From positions 7,440,001 to 7,504,000 of the forward strand of contig NC_043024.1 of assembly GCF_006345805.1 (NCBI RefSeq): a stretch of DNA of 64,000 nucleotides, read 5' to 3'. The position numbers and the translations under genes were made by a program. This document shows, one piece after another, positions 24,776 to 37,210 of the stretch (its first letter is position 1; the number at the start of each line of letters is the position of its first letter). Below the pieces are notes generated by a model. The model ran no database searches and was not told the DNA's origin. It worked only from the letters and a program-made list of their open reading frames with translations. Source of the DNA: Octopus sinensis. Its lineage: Eukaryota.

Positions 24776-25578
24776 ATATATACAAATAAGAAAATGGAGG
24801 AACAGATTCATCTTAATTATCGACTTACAGATATTACCAATTCATATTATTTATTAACTACATAAATAGGAACATCTAAATCCAACAAAATAAAACAATA
24901 TACATCAATAAGTAAGATAATTCCATAAAAATAATACACATAAAATGGATCTTACAGCTGTTTCAGCCTGTAGATAAAAGTATCTCATTCTGCCTATATT
25001 AGTCAAATGTATTGAGGTAATATGCAGTTAAAAATGAGTTACTTATATATATATATCTCAAGGCCTTGTCAGAGATTATAAAGTAAAATTATAAAAATAT
25101 AAAAATGCAAATATAAATATGAAACAAAATACACATACACAAGAATATATATATATTCTCGTTGCCATTACTGCCTGACTGGCCCTCGTGCCAGTGACAT
25201 GTAAAGGCACCCACTACATTCTTGGAGTGGTTGGCATTAGGAAGGGCATCCAGCTGTAGAAACTCTGTCAGATTAGATTGGAGCCTGGTGCAGCCATCTG
25301 GCTTGCCAGTCCTCAGTCAAACCGTCCAACCCATGCCATGATAGAAAGTGGACGTTAAATGATGATGATGAAAATGATGATGATTTATCTTCCAATCACT
25401 AAAGGATTTCATGAATTACCCTGAAGAAAAAGATAAAATAGTATAGTTTGAGGAGATGGAATCTCCAACATTCAGTCATGTAATATCTAGTATCTGATTC
25501 TATATTATATCTCAAATTGGTGATTAGTAATGTCTAATTATCCTGCCTGTTTTATCCTGTATATTTTCTGCTCTATAG

Positions 25579-25703
25579 GGCGACTGTAGTGAAATCATAT
25601 GAACAATTTTGGACAAACATTCATTCAAACATCATCAATTTGAAGGAAGAAAAGTCACCAGATTCATCTTTAATTCCAGCGAAAGGAACAGATACAAGTA
25701 CAG
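25579..25703 (+). CDS. Exon 3 of the Reeler-domain gene
   Basis: CTATAG acceptor and GTGAGT donor; phase 2 in, phase 1 out; ATVVKSYEQFW is the Reeler C-terminal motif. Confidence 0.88.
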
Positions 25704-25788
25704 GTGAGTGTTTAAACTACTGGCCCCACAATCTATAATGAGGGTTCTATAAGGTGTTAGAGTATGTGAGTATAACCTTTAATTTATA

Positions 25789-26405
25789 CTAGCAGTACTG
25801 CTCGGCTCAACAGGGATTTCAGGGGAGAGTTTCAGAGAGTCGCTGGTGATGTATCGTGATGATCAAAAATCCGGCCTGCTAAAATTTGGTTAAAGTGATT
25901 CAAACTGCAGACTCAACGCAAAATGGTCACATTTAATTCAAAGTGTTAAAAATGTTATGAAAACAATTGGTATGTGTTCACAAAGTCCAAACGATTAATA
26001 CGAAAAAACCCTCCAGGCTACATCCTGAAAATTCATTTCTTTGCCGTATTTCTACGATGTTTACGCTGATTCGTTTTTATATCTTGATTTTTTATTTTTC
26101 ATGCAATTTACTCATGCTTGCACGCATGGTGAACACAGTTCACATCAAACAGCTGACTGAGTAAAGTTCACTATTCAATGCATGGGATAAGGCCTAAACA
26201 AACACATTATCGATTTTTGCACTTGCGAGATGAATTTCGGAACAGAAATAGCGCAGTTCAATTTTCAGTCGCCTAAACTTTAAGTGACCCATTTTTGGTG
26301 GTTCTACGATTTGTTGGCTAGGAGGAGATGTGCTGGGAAGTTAAACACACAGACACATACACAGATACACACACAAACACACATGTTGAGTTTTATATAT
26401 ATAGA
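25789..26405 (-). mobile_element. Second Helitron-like non-autonomous element
   Basis: Minus strand begins TCTATATATATAAAA and ends CTAG, between A and T; the 3' hairpin is degenerate. Confidence 0.5.
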
Positions 26406-26526
26406 TGAAGCTGCTTCTGAAATTTAGGACAATGAGATCAGCTAAAAGTCATTTAGGCACAGGTAAGGCTGTGTGGAGGTGAAGGTGTGATTATGTGGTA
26501 AGAATTTTCTTCCCATTGCTTCCCAT

Positions 26527-26942
26527 GGCAGCGAGCTGGCAGAAACATTAGCACGCTGGGCGAAATGCTTAGTGGTATTTCATCTGCCGCTATGTTCTGA
26601 GTTCAAATTCCACTGAGGTCAACTTTGCCTTTCATTCTTTTGGGGTCGATTAAATAAGTACCATTTACGCACTGGGGTCGATATAATCGACTTAATCCGT
26701 TTGTCTGTCCTTGTTTGTCCTCTCTGTGTTTAGCCCCTTGTGGGTAGTAAAGTAATAGGTATTTCGTTTGTCTTTACGTTCTGAGTTCAAATTCCACCGA
26801 GGTCGACTTTGCCTTTCATCCTTTCGGAGTCGATTAAATAAGTACCAATTACGCACTGGGGTCGATATAATCGACTTAATCCGTTTGTCTGTCCTTGTTT
26901 GTCCTCTCTGTGTTTAGCCCCTTGTGGGTAGTAAAGAAATAG
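26527..26942 (+). mobile_element. SINE family B with a duplicated body
   Basis: One head followed by two tandem bodies. Confidence 0.75.
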
Positions 26943-26994
26943 GTATACAATCTGTAGAGTTAATTGAATTTATTTTTTGTCCTATATTCTTTAG

Positions 26995-27427
26995 ATGGGA
27001 CTCCTCATGGTTCAAACCATGATCAAGGTCAGCAGAAGAAGAAACCAGCATCGAAATTTGTTGGGGAGAAAACTCATCTGCATCCGACATCAGTAACTGA
27101 AACTGAACACAGAACAGGTGATGGGGTAGGAGATAACCAACCACCATCTTCATCTGTCACCCAACCGCCATTTCAACAACCTCCATCAGATTTGAGGCCA
27201 CATCAGAAGCCGCAATGGGAACAAAGGCAATGGCCCCAGAATTTCCCTCCCGTCTCTCATCTACCTCAACAACATCCCAGCCACCACCACCACCACCAAC
27301 AACAACAACAGCAACAGCAACCAAATATGTGGTTTGAACCAAGGTGGCCTGTTAGACCAAACCGTGGTTTCCCATCGTCTGCTTTCCCTCAGAATCCCAG
27401 GCTAAATGGCCAAATGCCAGGAAACAG
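26995..27427 (+). CDS. Exon 4 of the Reeler-domain gene (Pro/Gln/His-rich low-complexity region)
   Basis: TCTTTAG acceptor, phase 1 in, 433-nt open frame. It ends either at donor AG|GTGATA (phase 2) or reads through to TGA at 27429-27431. Confidence 0.75.
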
Positions 27428-27864
27428 GTGATATTCAAATTATTACCTCTAATATTGTTCTCTTCATCATGATGTATTCTTTGACTGCAGCCATGCAGTC
27501 GAGCAAATCAACCCCGGGACTTATTCTTTGTAAGCCCAGTACTTATTCTATCGGTCTCTTTTTGCCAAACCGCTAAGTGACGGGGATGTAAACACACCAG
27601 CATCGGTTGTCAAGCAATGCTAGGGGGACTAACACAGACACACAAACATACACAAACATACATATATATACATACATATATACGACAGGCTTCTTTCAGT
27701 TTCCGTCTACCAAATCCACTCACAAGGCATCGGTCGGCCCGAGGCTATAGCAGAAGACACTTGCCCAAGATGCCACGCAGTGGGACTGAACCCGGAACCA
27801 TGTGGCAGGTAAACAAGCTACTTACCACACAGCCAATCCTGCGCCTATGTTCAAATGTTACATC

Positions 27865-28258
27865 ATCATCATCATCATCATCGTTTAGCGTCCGCTTTCC
27901 ATGCTGGCATGGGTTGGACGGTGCAACTGGGGTCTGGGAAGCCTGAAGGCCGCACCAGGCCCAGTCTGATCTGGCAATGTTTCTACGGCTGGATGCCCTT
28001 CCTAACGCCAGCCACTCCGTGAGTGTAGTGGGTGCTTTTTACGTGCCACTGGCACAGGTGCCAGACGAGGCCGGCAAACGGCCACAGTCGGACGGTGCTT
28101 TTTACGTGCCACCGGCACAGAGGCCAGATGAGGCTGGCAAAGGCTGGCAAACGGCCACGATCGGATGGTGCTTTTTACGTGCTACCAGCACGGAGGCCTG
28201 GCGAGGCTAGCAAATGGCCACGGTCGGATAGTGCTTTTTACGTGCCACCGACACGGAA
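27865..28258 (-). mobile_element. SINE family C (GGCGTTAGGAAGGGCATCC core, RTE-like ATG tail) with internal GTGCCACCGGCAC repeats
   Basis: Related copies near 21330, 25150, 34560, 46130, 55025 and 62160. Confidence 0.7.
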
Positions 28259-28429
28259 GCCTCGAAATAATATAACCTCATGTTGACCTTGTTTTTTATA
28301 ATGAGACAAGCAAACCACAAGGGAGATGAATGGATGAATGGGGTAACAAATGTTAGATAGGAAGAAATGGCACTGGTTGGAGAGAACAAAAAATTAAATG
28401 ACATTTACTAGAGGGTAGTTATAAAGTCA

Positions 28430-28770
28430 TGAACCATCCTGCAATATGGGAAATTGCATACATTCTCTTTTTTTGTCTCTTTTCACAACTACCGATATTA
28501 CTCACAAACCAATCGTCATTGGATGGAGGCAGATAATCAACAAGGTAGGGGCAAGGTAATGCTGTGGTGTGGGATTTGGCACAATCAAGTAATTGGACCA
28601 TTTTATTTTGAGGGCTCTGTGACAGGTGATTCATATCTGGACATGCTTGGCAGCAAGATAATGCCTCACATGCTTTCATTTGGAAGGGAAAATCCTATCT
28701 GCTTTCAGTAGAAAGGGGCTCAGCCCCATTATGCATGATTTTCTGAATGAACATTTTCCAGGGAGGTGCC
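28430..28770 (+). pseudogene. Degenerate Tc1/mariner-superfamily (DDxD/E) transposase fragment
   Basis: KVMLWCGIWHNQVIGPFYFEGSVTGDSYLDML...CFQ*KGAQPH resembles VWCG...IIGPYFF...FQQDGAPPH; contains stops. Confidence 0.65.
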
Positions 28771-29361
28771 GGTGGCACATAAAAACCACCATCCGAACGT
28801 GGCTGATGCCAGCGCTGCCTCGATTGGCTTCTGTGCCGGTGGCACATAAAAAGCACCATCTGAACGTGGCCGATGCCAGCGCTGCCTCGACCAGCTTCTG
28901 TGCCGGTGGCACATAAAAAGCACACATATCTTCTTCCACGAAAAGATAGCTTAAACTGTGCTCTAAATGGAGGTGTAGTCAAATCCTATTTTATGGCCTC
29001 AACCATGTTCTAAAATAAGTCGAAAGTTAAGCTACTATAAATCAGTATTTCGTCTGCCGTTACGTTCTGAGTTCAAATTCCGCCGAGGTCGACTTTGCCT
29101 TTCATCCTTTCGGGGTCGATAAATAAAGTACCAGCTACGCACTGGGGTCGATATAATTGAGTTAATCCGTTTGTCTGTCCTTGTTGTTTCTCCCCTCTAT
29201 GTTTAGCCCCTTGTGGGTAGTAAAGAAATAGGCATGGTAAATAAGTGTTTACTGGGGAAGGGGATGGATGAGTGTTTAGCTTCGGGTACACACCAAACAT
29301 TCATCTACCCTACCACCCAAGCTAAATATGATGACAACATGTAAATATCTATGTGGTCTAT

Positions 29362-29770
29362 AGGCGCTGGAGTGGCTGTGTGGTAAGTAGCTTGCTAACC
29401 AACAACATGGTTCCGGGTTCAGTCCCACTGCGTGGCACCTTGGGCTGACCATAACCTCAGGCCGACCAAAACCTTGTGAGTGGATTTGGTAGACGGAAAC
29501 TGAAAGAAGCCCGTCGCATATATGTATATATATATATATATATATGTGTGTGCGTGTGTGTTTGTGTGTCTGTGTTTGTCCCCCTAGCATTGCTTGACAA
29601 CCGATGCTGGTGTGTTTATGTCCCCGTCACTTAGCGGTTCGGCATAAGAAACTGATAGAATAAGTACTGGGCTTACGAAGAATAGGTCCCGGGGTCGAGT
29701 TGCTCGACTAAAAGCGGTGCTCCAGCATGGCCACAGTCAAATGACTGAAACAAGTTAAAGAGTTAAAGAG
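29362..29770 (+). mobile_element. SINE family A
   Basis: Full head-to-tail match, with a TAAAGAG-type tail. Confidence 0.8.
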
Positions 29771-30549
29771 TCACTAAACTTGCTAAAGACAGCAGTCTAA
29801 TCCTATATTGGATAAGATTGTCTGGAACATGCTGTTTATGAAAACAAGATTATCACAACAGGTCTGCTCAGAAAATGCCGATCTGGTTTAAAAAAACCAG
29901 TTTTCTATAACTACATCAACAACAATGAGCCAATGAAAATACCTTTACTCTCTCTCTTTTACTCTTTTACTTGTTTCAGTCATTTGACTGTGGCCATGCT
30001 GGAGCACCACCTTTAGTCGAGCAAATCGACCCCAGGACTTATTCTTTGTAAGCCTACTACTTATTCTATCGGTCTCTTTTGCCGAACCGCTAAGCTACGG
30101 GGATGTAAACACATCAGCATCGGTTGTCAAGCAATGTTGGGGGACAAACACAGACATACAAACATATACACACACACATATATATAAATACAAATATACG
30201 ACGGGCTTCTTTCAGTTTCCGGCTACCAAATCCACTCACAAGGCTTTGGTTGGCCCGAGGCTATAGTAGAAGACACTTGCCCAAGGTGCCACGCAGTGGG
30301 ACTGAACCCGGAACAATGTGGCTGGTAAGCAAGCTACTTACCACACCACAATTTGCAAGAAATAGCAGCAAAAATCTCTTTGAAAATTCAAGACTGGAAC
30401 AGGCCTGCAGAATCAGAGATAACTTAGAGTTAACCAACAAACATTCGTTTAGTTCTATATGTGCCCACGGGCATATGGCGTAGTGGTTAAGAGTGCGGGC
30501 TACTAACCCCAAGATTTCAAGTTCAATTCCAAGCAGTGACCTGAACACT

Positions 30550-30580
<31 letters not shown>

Positions 30581-30585
30581 GCAGC

Positions 30586-30626
<41 letters not shown>

Positions 30627-30681
30627 CAACAACATCGAAAGATACCTTAGGAATGAGAACCCAGGTTCGAAATTTCCCCAA

Positions 30682-30727
30682 GACACCTGATGAAGGCTGG
30701 AGGGTATATCAGCTGAAACGTTGTGCT
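30682..30727 (+). ncRNA. Minimal HHR-like motif (GUU triplet)
   Basis: GACAC-CTGATGA-A-GGCTG(gagggtatat)CAGCT-GAAAC-GTT-GTGCT. Confidence 0.5.
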
Positions 30728-30848
30728 AACAACAAACAAGATGAGGACAAATATCCGCCGAATATAAATAATGTAAATAATGTAAATAGTAAACATTTGT
30801 TTAACCGAATCAAACTCATCACTCCCTTTGTATCACTTGATTTCACAG

Positions 30849-30946
30849 CTGGAGCGGTTTCTTCCTGGGTTCACCAGCAGATGGCAACTCTGTCGCTTTT
30901 CAGAATAATGATCCAAATGGCAATTGGTACTTCTCTCCTGACAACC
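30849..30946 (+). CDS. Exon 5 of the Reeler-domain gene (WSGFFLGSPADGNSVAFQNNDPNGNWYFSPDN)
   Basis: TTTCACAG acceptor and GTAAGT donor; open in the phase-2 frame set by exon 4. Confidence 0.7.
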
Positions 30947-31348
30947 GTAAGTCTTTCTTTCTTTCTTTTGGGCTAACTCTTGAAGAACTTATAGGGGTCC
31001 TGTTGTGACATAGGATGTGTATTGGACGATTTTATAACCTCATTGAGTCAAACCCACTCAGAATCAAATGACAGCTCATTTCTTCTAGAATGACAGGGAG
31101 AGGAATCAATCTCTCCACTACTGAAAGGGTATATTATCTATTGACCCCGAAAGGGCAAAAGATAAACATTACTTAATCAAGGATTGAACCTTGGAAGCTG
31201 AGAACTAAGACAAATGCAGCAAGGTGGTCTATCCATTTTACTGCTTTGCTTATCCCTCTCAAAGCAAAGTCTTCAGTGTGAGTATGTGGTTTGTGGGGTC
31301 AACCGCGTCCTCCACTTCATTTTTTGTTATTCACTCATTCTCATTTAA

Positions 31349-31652
31349 TCTTTATATATAAAAGTGAAGTTGTGTGTGTGTCTGTCTACTCCGATTTAGA
31401 TTCCTAACTACTCCCACATTTTGCAGTGCAGTTTAACCAAAAGTGGGTATCTTATAGTCGTGATTCATATCGAGCCCTTCTGGGTATTAGCGCGCGTCTA
31501 CGATGAGTCTACGATTTAAAAAACAATTTACCATCATTTTTCCACATTTTTAATGCATTTTTTGCTCGGTTTATATAAGGGAAGTAACTCTCTAAAATGC
31601 TTATATAGTTATTTCCCTTACAAACCCAAGCAACGCCGGGCGATACTGCTAG
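31349..31652 (+). mobile_element. Helitron-like element (same family as 2624)
   Basis: TC...CTAG ends, A/T target, subterminal hairpin. Confidence 0.8.
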
Positions 31653-31884
31653 TTCTATATATTTTAATTGTTTGTTTATTCATACGTTTCGTCTCATTCG
31701 ATACCCTGACCCCAACGTTTGTTTTGTCCCCTCTTTTCTTAACCTTATGGTGAATAAAGAAATACTCTCTCTATCTACTTGCCTGCTTATTTGCCTGTCT
31801 GTTTCCTCTTTTCTTCACTTTTCTGTCTGTCTTTCTTTCTTTCTATTTTATTCCTTCCCCCCCCCTTCTTTTTTCTCTTTTCAG

Positions 31885-31910
31885 CCAGACAAGTGATTTG
31901 GATGGAGTAA
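31885..31910 (+). CDS. Exon 6 coding part (PRQVIWME*); the exon continues to a donor at 31938
   Basis: Long polypyrimidine tract plus TTTCAG; phase 1 entry gives stop TAA at 31908-31910; CAG|GTAAGA donor 28 nt later. Confidence 0.6.
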
Positions 31911-32918
31911 TCTTCCTTTCATCTCCACTGATTAACAGGTAAGACTTAAAAGCACTTCATCAACCACACTTCAACAGCAACAATAGGGAAAACACCTAAA
32001 GCTCCACGAGGCTCTATTGGGTGGGTGGGTGGCGACCCCTGTTGTATTCTTTCGTTACAACTTTCTTTCACTCTTTCTTCCTGTTTCTTGTCCCTGACTT
32101 CCTATACAACCGCTGAGCCTGGATGCACATTCATCCATCTGTCGATGCTCTCGGTGTTGGGGATTGACCTGCTTTCTCTTCTGTGGGTCTTGCAAATAGC
32201 AAAGGACCACGTTTCGGACTTCTCCCAAGATGACGAAGACCACTTCGCTCAGCAACAACAGCAGCAACAGCAACAATAAGAGCAAATATACGAGGAGTCC
32301 ACTGTTTTTTTTTCTTGTACATGGAAAAAAAGGTTTCCGTCTACCAAATCCACTCACAAGGCTTTGGTCAGCCCAAGGCTATAGTAGAAGACACTTGCCC
32401 AAGGTGCCATGCAGTGGGACTGAACCCAGAACCATGTGGTTGGTGAGCAAGCTACTTACCACACAGTCACTCCTACATCTATCAAGATAAACAGTGCATG
32501 ACCTTGCAGGTGGGGCCCAGTTAGAATTTTCTTCTGGTTGAGCAACCCATCCCACTCAAAAGATCCCTGAATAAGGGTTGTTTAAGGATGTTGAACGAAT
32601 CACCCATGTTTCCAGAGATTAATTATTCAAACCCCAAAGAATCCCTCTCAACACATGGCTATGATGCTCCGTCACTACTTCTGCTCGTGATCAGAGATGC
32701 ACATATCGTCATCCACTAAGGGACATGGTCAATTGGTTAAGGTCAAACAACTGACAAGCAAATCTGTGGTATTGAGCAGAATATTTGCTGTAGCCCATCT
32801 TTTATACCAAGACAAAACAATATACATGATAACACTCCCAATCAGTTAAGATCAGAAGCCATGAGAGCTATTGTCTGGTACTGCATCAGGGCATTTATTA
32901 TTATTATTATTATTATTG

Positions 32919-32984
<66 letters not shown>

Positions 32985-32986
<2 letters not shown>

Positions 32987-33329
32987 TAGTTTTATTTTTA
33001 TAGTGTGCTTTCACTTCACTACCGAGCGCAGCTCTGTGTGCCTTGGGTATGTGCTGTGATTTGTTGTGATGTTCTGATGGTTATTGTATGGAAAGTGTTC
33101 TGCGTAGAATGTGTGCAGTGCCTAGTAATGCAATTTTCTGTATGTTATGTGTGTTTGTAAGTCCTGGTGTTTTTGTTATGTATTTGTCTGAATATTTTTT
33201 TATCATGCCTAATGCACCTACTATGATAGGAATTGTTTCTGTTTTTAGATTCCACATTCTGGTTACCTCTATTTCCAGGTCTTTGTATTTTGAAAGTTTC
33301 TCCATTTCTTTTAGAGACACGTTGTCATC

Positions 33330-33330
<1 letters not shown>
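32985..33330 (-). mobile_element. C-terminal fragment of a restriction-like-endonuclease (RLE; R4/NeSL/HERO-type) non-LTR retrotransposon
   Basis: EKLSKYKDLEIEVTRMW...IPIIVGALG...QKIALLGTAHILRR; (AAT)n on both sides. Confidence 0.7.
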
Positions 33331-33360
<30 letters not shown>

Positions 33361-33552
33361 TTACAAAAGCTTTTACATGCTGATTTAATTAGCAGAGATG
33401 TTATCCTGAGGTTCAGTGACAAGTCTCCTCAAACCTCTACAGATTGACAAATATGTCTCAAATTCAGCAGCAGCAGTCATAGTAGTAGTAGCAGCAGCCG
33501 CAGCAGCAGCAGTACTATCTTTAACCACTATTATCATTACAATTCCTTCCAG

Positions 33553-33910
33553 ATGTCACAAGAACACAAATGGTATGAAGTTTGACAATGATTCAATCTT
33601 TGGATAACCTTAACTTCTGATGTTTGCCTGGTGGCCCCAGTGGAGAGAGGAACATTTCCTTAGGACTACAGTAAGGGTACTAGAAGTCAGCATCAATAAC
33701 AAAAACAAGAACAAAATAATTGTAAGAAAAACAGCTACAACAGCAACACGAACAATAACTGCGACAATTACAACTACATCAACTAATACAATACCAACAG
33801 CAAAGTGTAATAACAAAGCAGACGACAGAAACCTGTAGCAGTCACTGAAAAACAACAATAGCAATAAAGAAACAATAAAGACAAAAACAACAGTAACGAT
33901 AAATAAAAAA
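33553..33910 (+). other. Candidate last (3' UTR or alternative coding) exon of the Reeler gene
   Basis: TTCCTTCCAG acceptor; AATAAA signals near 33863, 33874 and 33902; no transcript evidence. Confidence 0.35.
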
Positions 33911-34069
33911 ATAAAATAATTACACCAACAATGATGTCAGCAAATTTATTTTACCTTTTTAATTTATTTAGAAATGAAACAATGAAAATATATTAATGTT
34001 TTAAGATCTGGTGTTAAATTGCTTTAAGTTGTTTACTTTTTTGTGAAATGTAATACAGTGGTGATGCTG

Positions 34070-34450
34070 TCTTCTTCTTCTTCTTCTTCTTCTTCTTCTT
34101 TCTTCTCTTCTTCTTCTTCTTCTCTCTACTTCTCTTCTCCTTCTTCTTCTTTCTCTCTTCTTCTTCTTCTCCCCTCCTCCTCCTCCTTCCTCCTTCTCTC
34201 CTCTTCTTCTCCTTCTTCCTCGCTTCTTCTCTTCTTCTTCTTCTTCTTCTCCTCTCTTCTCCTTCTCTTCTCTCCTTCTCCTCCTCCTCCTCCTCCTCCT
34301 TCTTCTCCTTCTTCTTCTTCTCCTCCTCCTCCTCCTCCTCCTCCTCCTCCTCCTTCTTCTTCTCCTCCTCCTCCTTCTTCTTCTTCTTCTCCTCCTCCTT
34401 TTTCTTCTTCTCCTCCTCCTCCTCCTCCTCCTCCTCCTTCTTCTTCTTGG
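34070..34450. repeat. (CTT)n/(CCT)n polypyrimidine tract
   Basis: Read directly. Confidence 0.95.
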
Positions 34451-34871
34451 TTTTGAGTTTATGTTTTCGCTTCTCATTGTGTTCAACGTTTTTTTTTGGG
34501 TGTCCTGTACCCATATATGCATGTATATATACATGTAGAGGTAGGTACGTACATATATGTATGTGGTTGGCGTTAGGAAGGGCATCCAGCCGTAGAAACA
34601 CTGCCAGATCTGACTGGGCCTGATGAAGCCTTCCAGCTTCACAGACCCCAGTTGAACTGTCCAACCCATGCTAGCATGGAAAACGGACGCTAAATGATGA
34701 TGATGATGATGATGATATGTATATATATATATCCAAACACACAGACATTTAGAAATGCATGTACAAAATAGTTAAGAAGTTTGCTTTCCAGCTTTGCGGT
34801 TAGGGGTTCAATCCCACTGTATAGCACCTTGGGCATGCATACATATATAAAGATATACACATACATATATA

Positions 34872-35457
34872 GATTCGACTGTCATTCGGAATGCTCACAG
34901 CAGCCATATTCCTACCGCTCTATGTAATGCTGGTGAGACCCATATTGGAGTACGGGATTCAAGCCTCTTCTCCTTATCTCCTCAAAGACATACAGCATCT
35001 CGAAAGGGTCCAGAAGCTGGCTACCCGCATGGTTCTTGGTCTCAAGAATTTGTCTTATGAAGAAAGGCTGAAGACGCTCAACCTTTATTCTCTAGAAAAA
35101 CGACGACACCGTGGTGATCTCATTCTTGCTCACAACATCATAAGCGGAACGTGTAACTTCTCGAAAGAGCTGTTTTTCACTCCTGCTCCAGAGCGTTGGC
35201 TGCGGGGGTCATTCCGAAAAGCTCTATCTGCGACGATTTCATCTCAATCGAAGGAGAGGGGCTTTCTCCGTCCGGGTTGTAGATCCGTGGAATAAGCTGC
35301 CGGATGAGATAGTGAAGATGCCGACGACTGCTCGATTCAAAGTCTCCCTTGACCACAAGTGGCCTGAACTCTTTACATGAACACCATCCTGTACATAACT
35401 CCATGTCCCCCTACATGGCCTTGCTTTTTGAGCCAAAAAATTAACTAACTAACTAAC
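34872..35457 (+). mobile_element. CR1-clade LINE 3' fragment
   Basis: LYVMLVRPILEYG...LERVQKLATRMV; (TAAC)n tail. Confidence 0.85.
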
Positions 35458-35661
35458 ATATAAGCATGCAAGCATGTGTGCATGCATGCATATACACATA
35501 ATATATACATGAATCATAATATACAGTAGTATAGATCAATTTCAACCAAACTTACCACCTAATAGTGGTTTGGATTTTGGCTACTCCTTCTAGCGTGTTA
35601 GGTGTTCTATGATGGTCATCTCTTATATGTTTAAAATTACACTGTATTTATATGAATAATA

Positions 35662-36227
35662 TCGGGTTGTCCGGAAAGTTTGTGCCGATTTATAGTAGCT
35701 TACCTTTCGACTTATTTTAGAACATGGTTGGGTCCATAAAATAGGATTTGACTACACCTCCATTTAGAGCAAAGTTTAAGCTATCTTTTCGTGGAAGAAG
35801 GTTTATGTTCCTATAACCTGTGTTAATTCTGTAACCCTTTAAAATGGAAGATAAGAAAGTTCATTTTCGGCACTTGATGCTTTGAGAACCAGACAAAAAT
35901 TGCTGCGGCTTGGCTGGGATGTATTACCCCACCCTCCACATTCACCAGATATTGCTCCTTCGGATTTCCACTTATTCAGGTCTCTGCAGAATAGTCTAAA
36001 TGGTAAAAATTTCAATTCCTTGGATGACGTAAAAAGATACCTTGATGAATTGTTTGCCATGAAACCACCTCAATTGTGGGAAGAGGGTATTTTCAGGTTA
36101 AAGGAAAGATGGAGAGGCATTGAGCAACAAAATGGTTCGTATTTGGTTGATTAAAAATGTAATGGCAAGTATTTATTGACCTTTTTCTTTCCTTTGAAAA
36201 TCGGCACGAACTTTCTGGACAACCCAA
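35662..36227 (+). mobile_element. Internally deleted mariner element
   Basis: 30-bp TIRs (TCGGGTTGTCCGGAAAGTTTGTGCCGATTT and its near complement); TA on both sides; N-terminal MEDKKVHFRHLML joined to C-terminal HPPHSPDIAPSDFHLF. Confidence 0.88.
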
Positions 36228-36349
36228 TATATACTTTATTGACTAGTTTTCTACATGCTAGGGCTACTGGTAGTAAACACTGACTGTTAACTAACTGGAT
36301 ATTAGTTAACAGCATTGTTAAGTAATACCATGTGTTCTTTAGAGATGGC

Positions 36350-36720
36350 AGCTTGAGAAGCGGTTGGATGGAACTTACACTCGCCTCCTTATGAGAGCTC
36401 AAAATCTCTCGTGGAAGCGCCATCCAACCAAAATGCAAATATATGGGAAACTACCACCTGTGTCATCTCTTGTGAAAGGTAAGAGAGTCCAGTTTGCTGG
36501 ACATTGTTGTAGAGCTGAAAACGAGGCAATTTCTACTCTCCTCCTCTGGAAGCCATCTACTCACAATGCCAGAGGGCGCACACTCTCCTACCCTGATGTA
36601 ATCTCCAGGGATACAGGCATCCAGCAACAGGACCTCCGTAATGCTATGATGGACCGTGAAGTCTAGCGTAGCATGGTAAATTCCATTGTCTCATCCACGG
36701 TCGAACAATGATGATGATGA
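36350..36720 (+). mobile_element. RTE LINE 3' fragment (same family as 8607)
   Basis: DGTYTRLLMRAQNLSW...; (GAT)n tail. Confidence 0.85.
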
Positions 36721-37210
36721 GAGATGGCAGGTATGTCACTCCTGGGAACTGAAGAAGGATTTATGTTGTTGAATCAGGATCTAAATCAACCTTTTGTCAC
36801 TCACACATAGCAACTGCTCTCAGCTGTTGGAACTGAAAAATATCATAACTGGTTTGTGGCTGCTGTGAAAAAAGATATGTAGCTATGGAAAGCAAATAGA
36901 GCAAGAGTTATGAAGAGTTATTTTTTATTTATGATTTGGTTTATGTCTATCATTGTTTGAATTGCATAATAGTGGTTTTTCTCAAATTTATATATTATAT
37001 ATCTACATTGTGAAATTTGATTTACTACTAAATTGAAGTTTTCCCTGTAAGTTTGGAGTTATACTCCCTATTGGCGATTTTTTTCCCTCCGTCTTCCCTT
37101 CTCTGGATCTTTCCTTCTCCTATGTTTCTGACGAAGAGCTCCGCTCAAAACATAAAACCCTCCTTCTTCCCTTCCTTCCTGAGCGTCCAATAATACTATA
37201 TTTACTAGGC

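Noticed and set aside
24145-24990. Partial HHR-like words (CTGAAGA at ~24146; GAAACAGCTGTA on minus at ~24953; also ~52220, ~59060 and ~60671)
   Set aside because: Only half of the motif, or no stem I pairing.
30470-30545. Possible tRNA gene
   Set aside because: A and B boxes are present but the acceptor stem does not pair; this is a SINE head. The same applies to 19984-20055.
32025-32279. ORF ending DHVSDFSQDDEDHFAQQQQQQQQQ as an extra exon
   Set aside because: No convincing acceptor in phase with the gene model; the poly-Q comes from a CAG/CAA repeat.
34001-34669. Poly-Arg/Glu/Lys ORFs
   Set aside because: Translation of (CTT)/(CCT) tracts plus a SINE.
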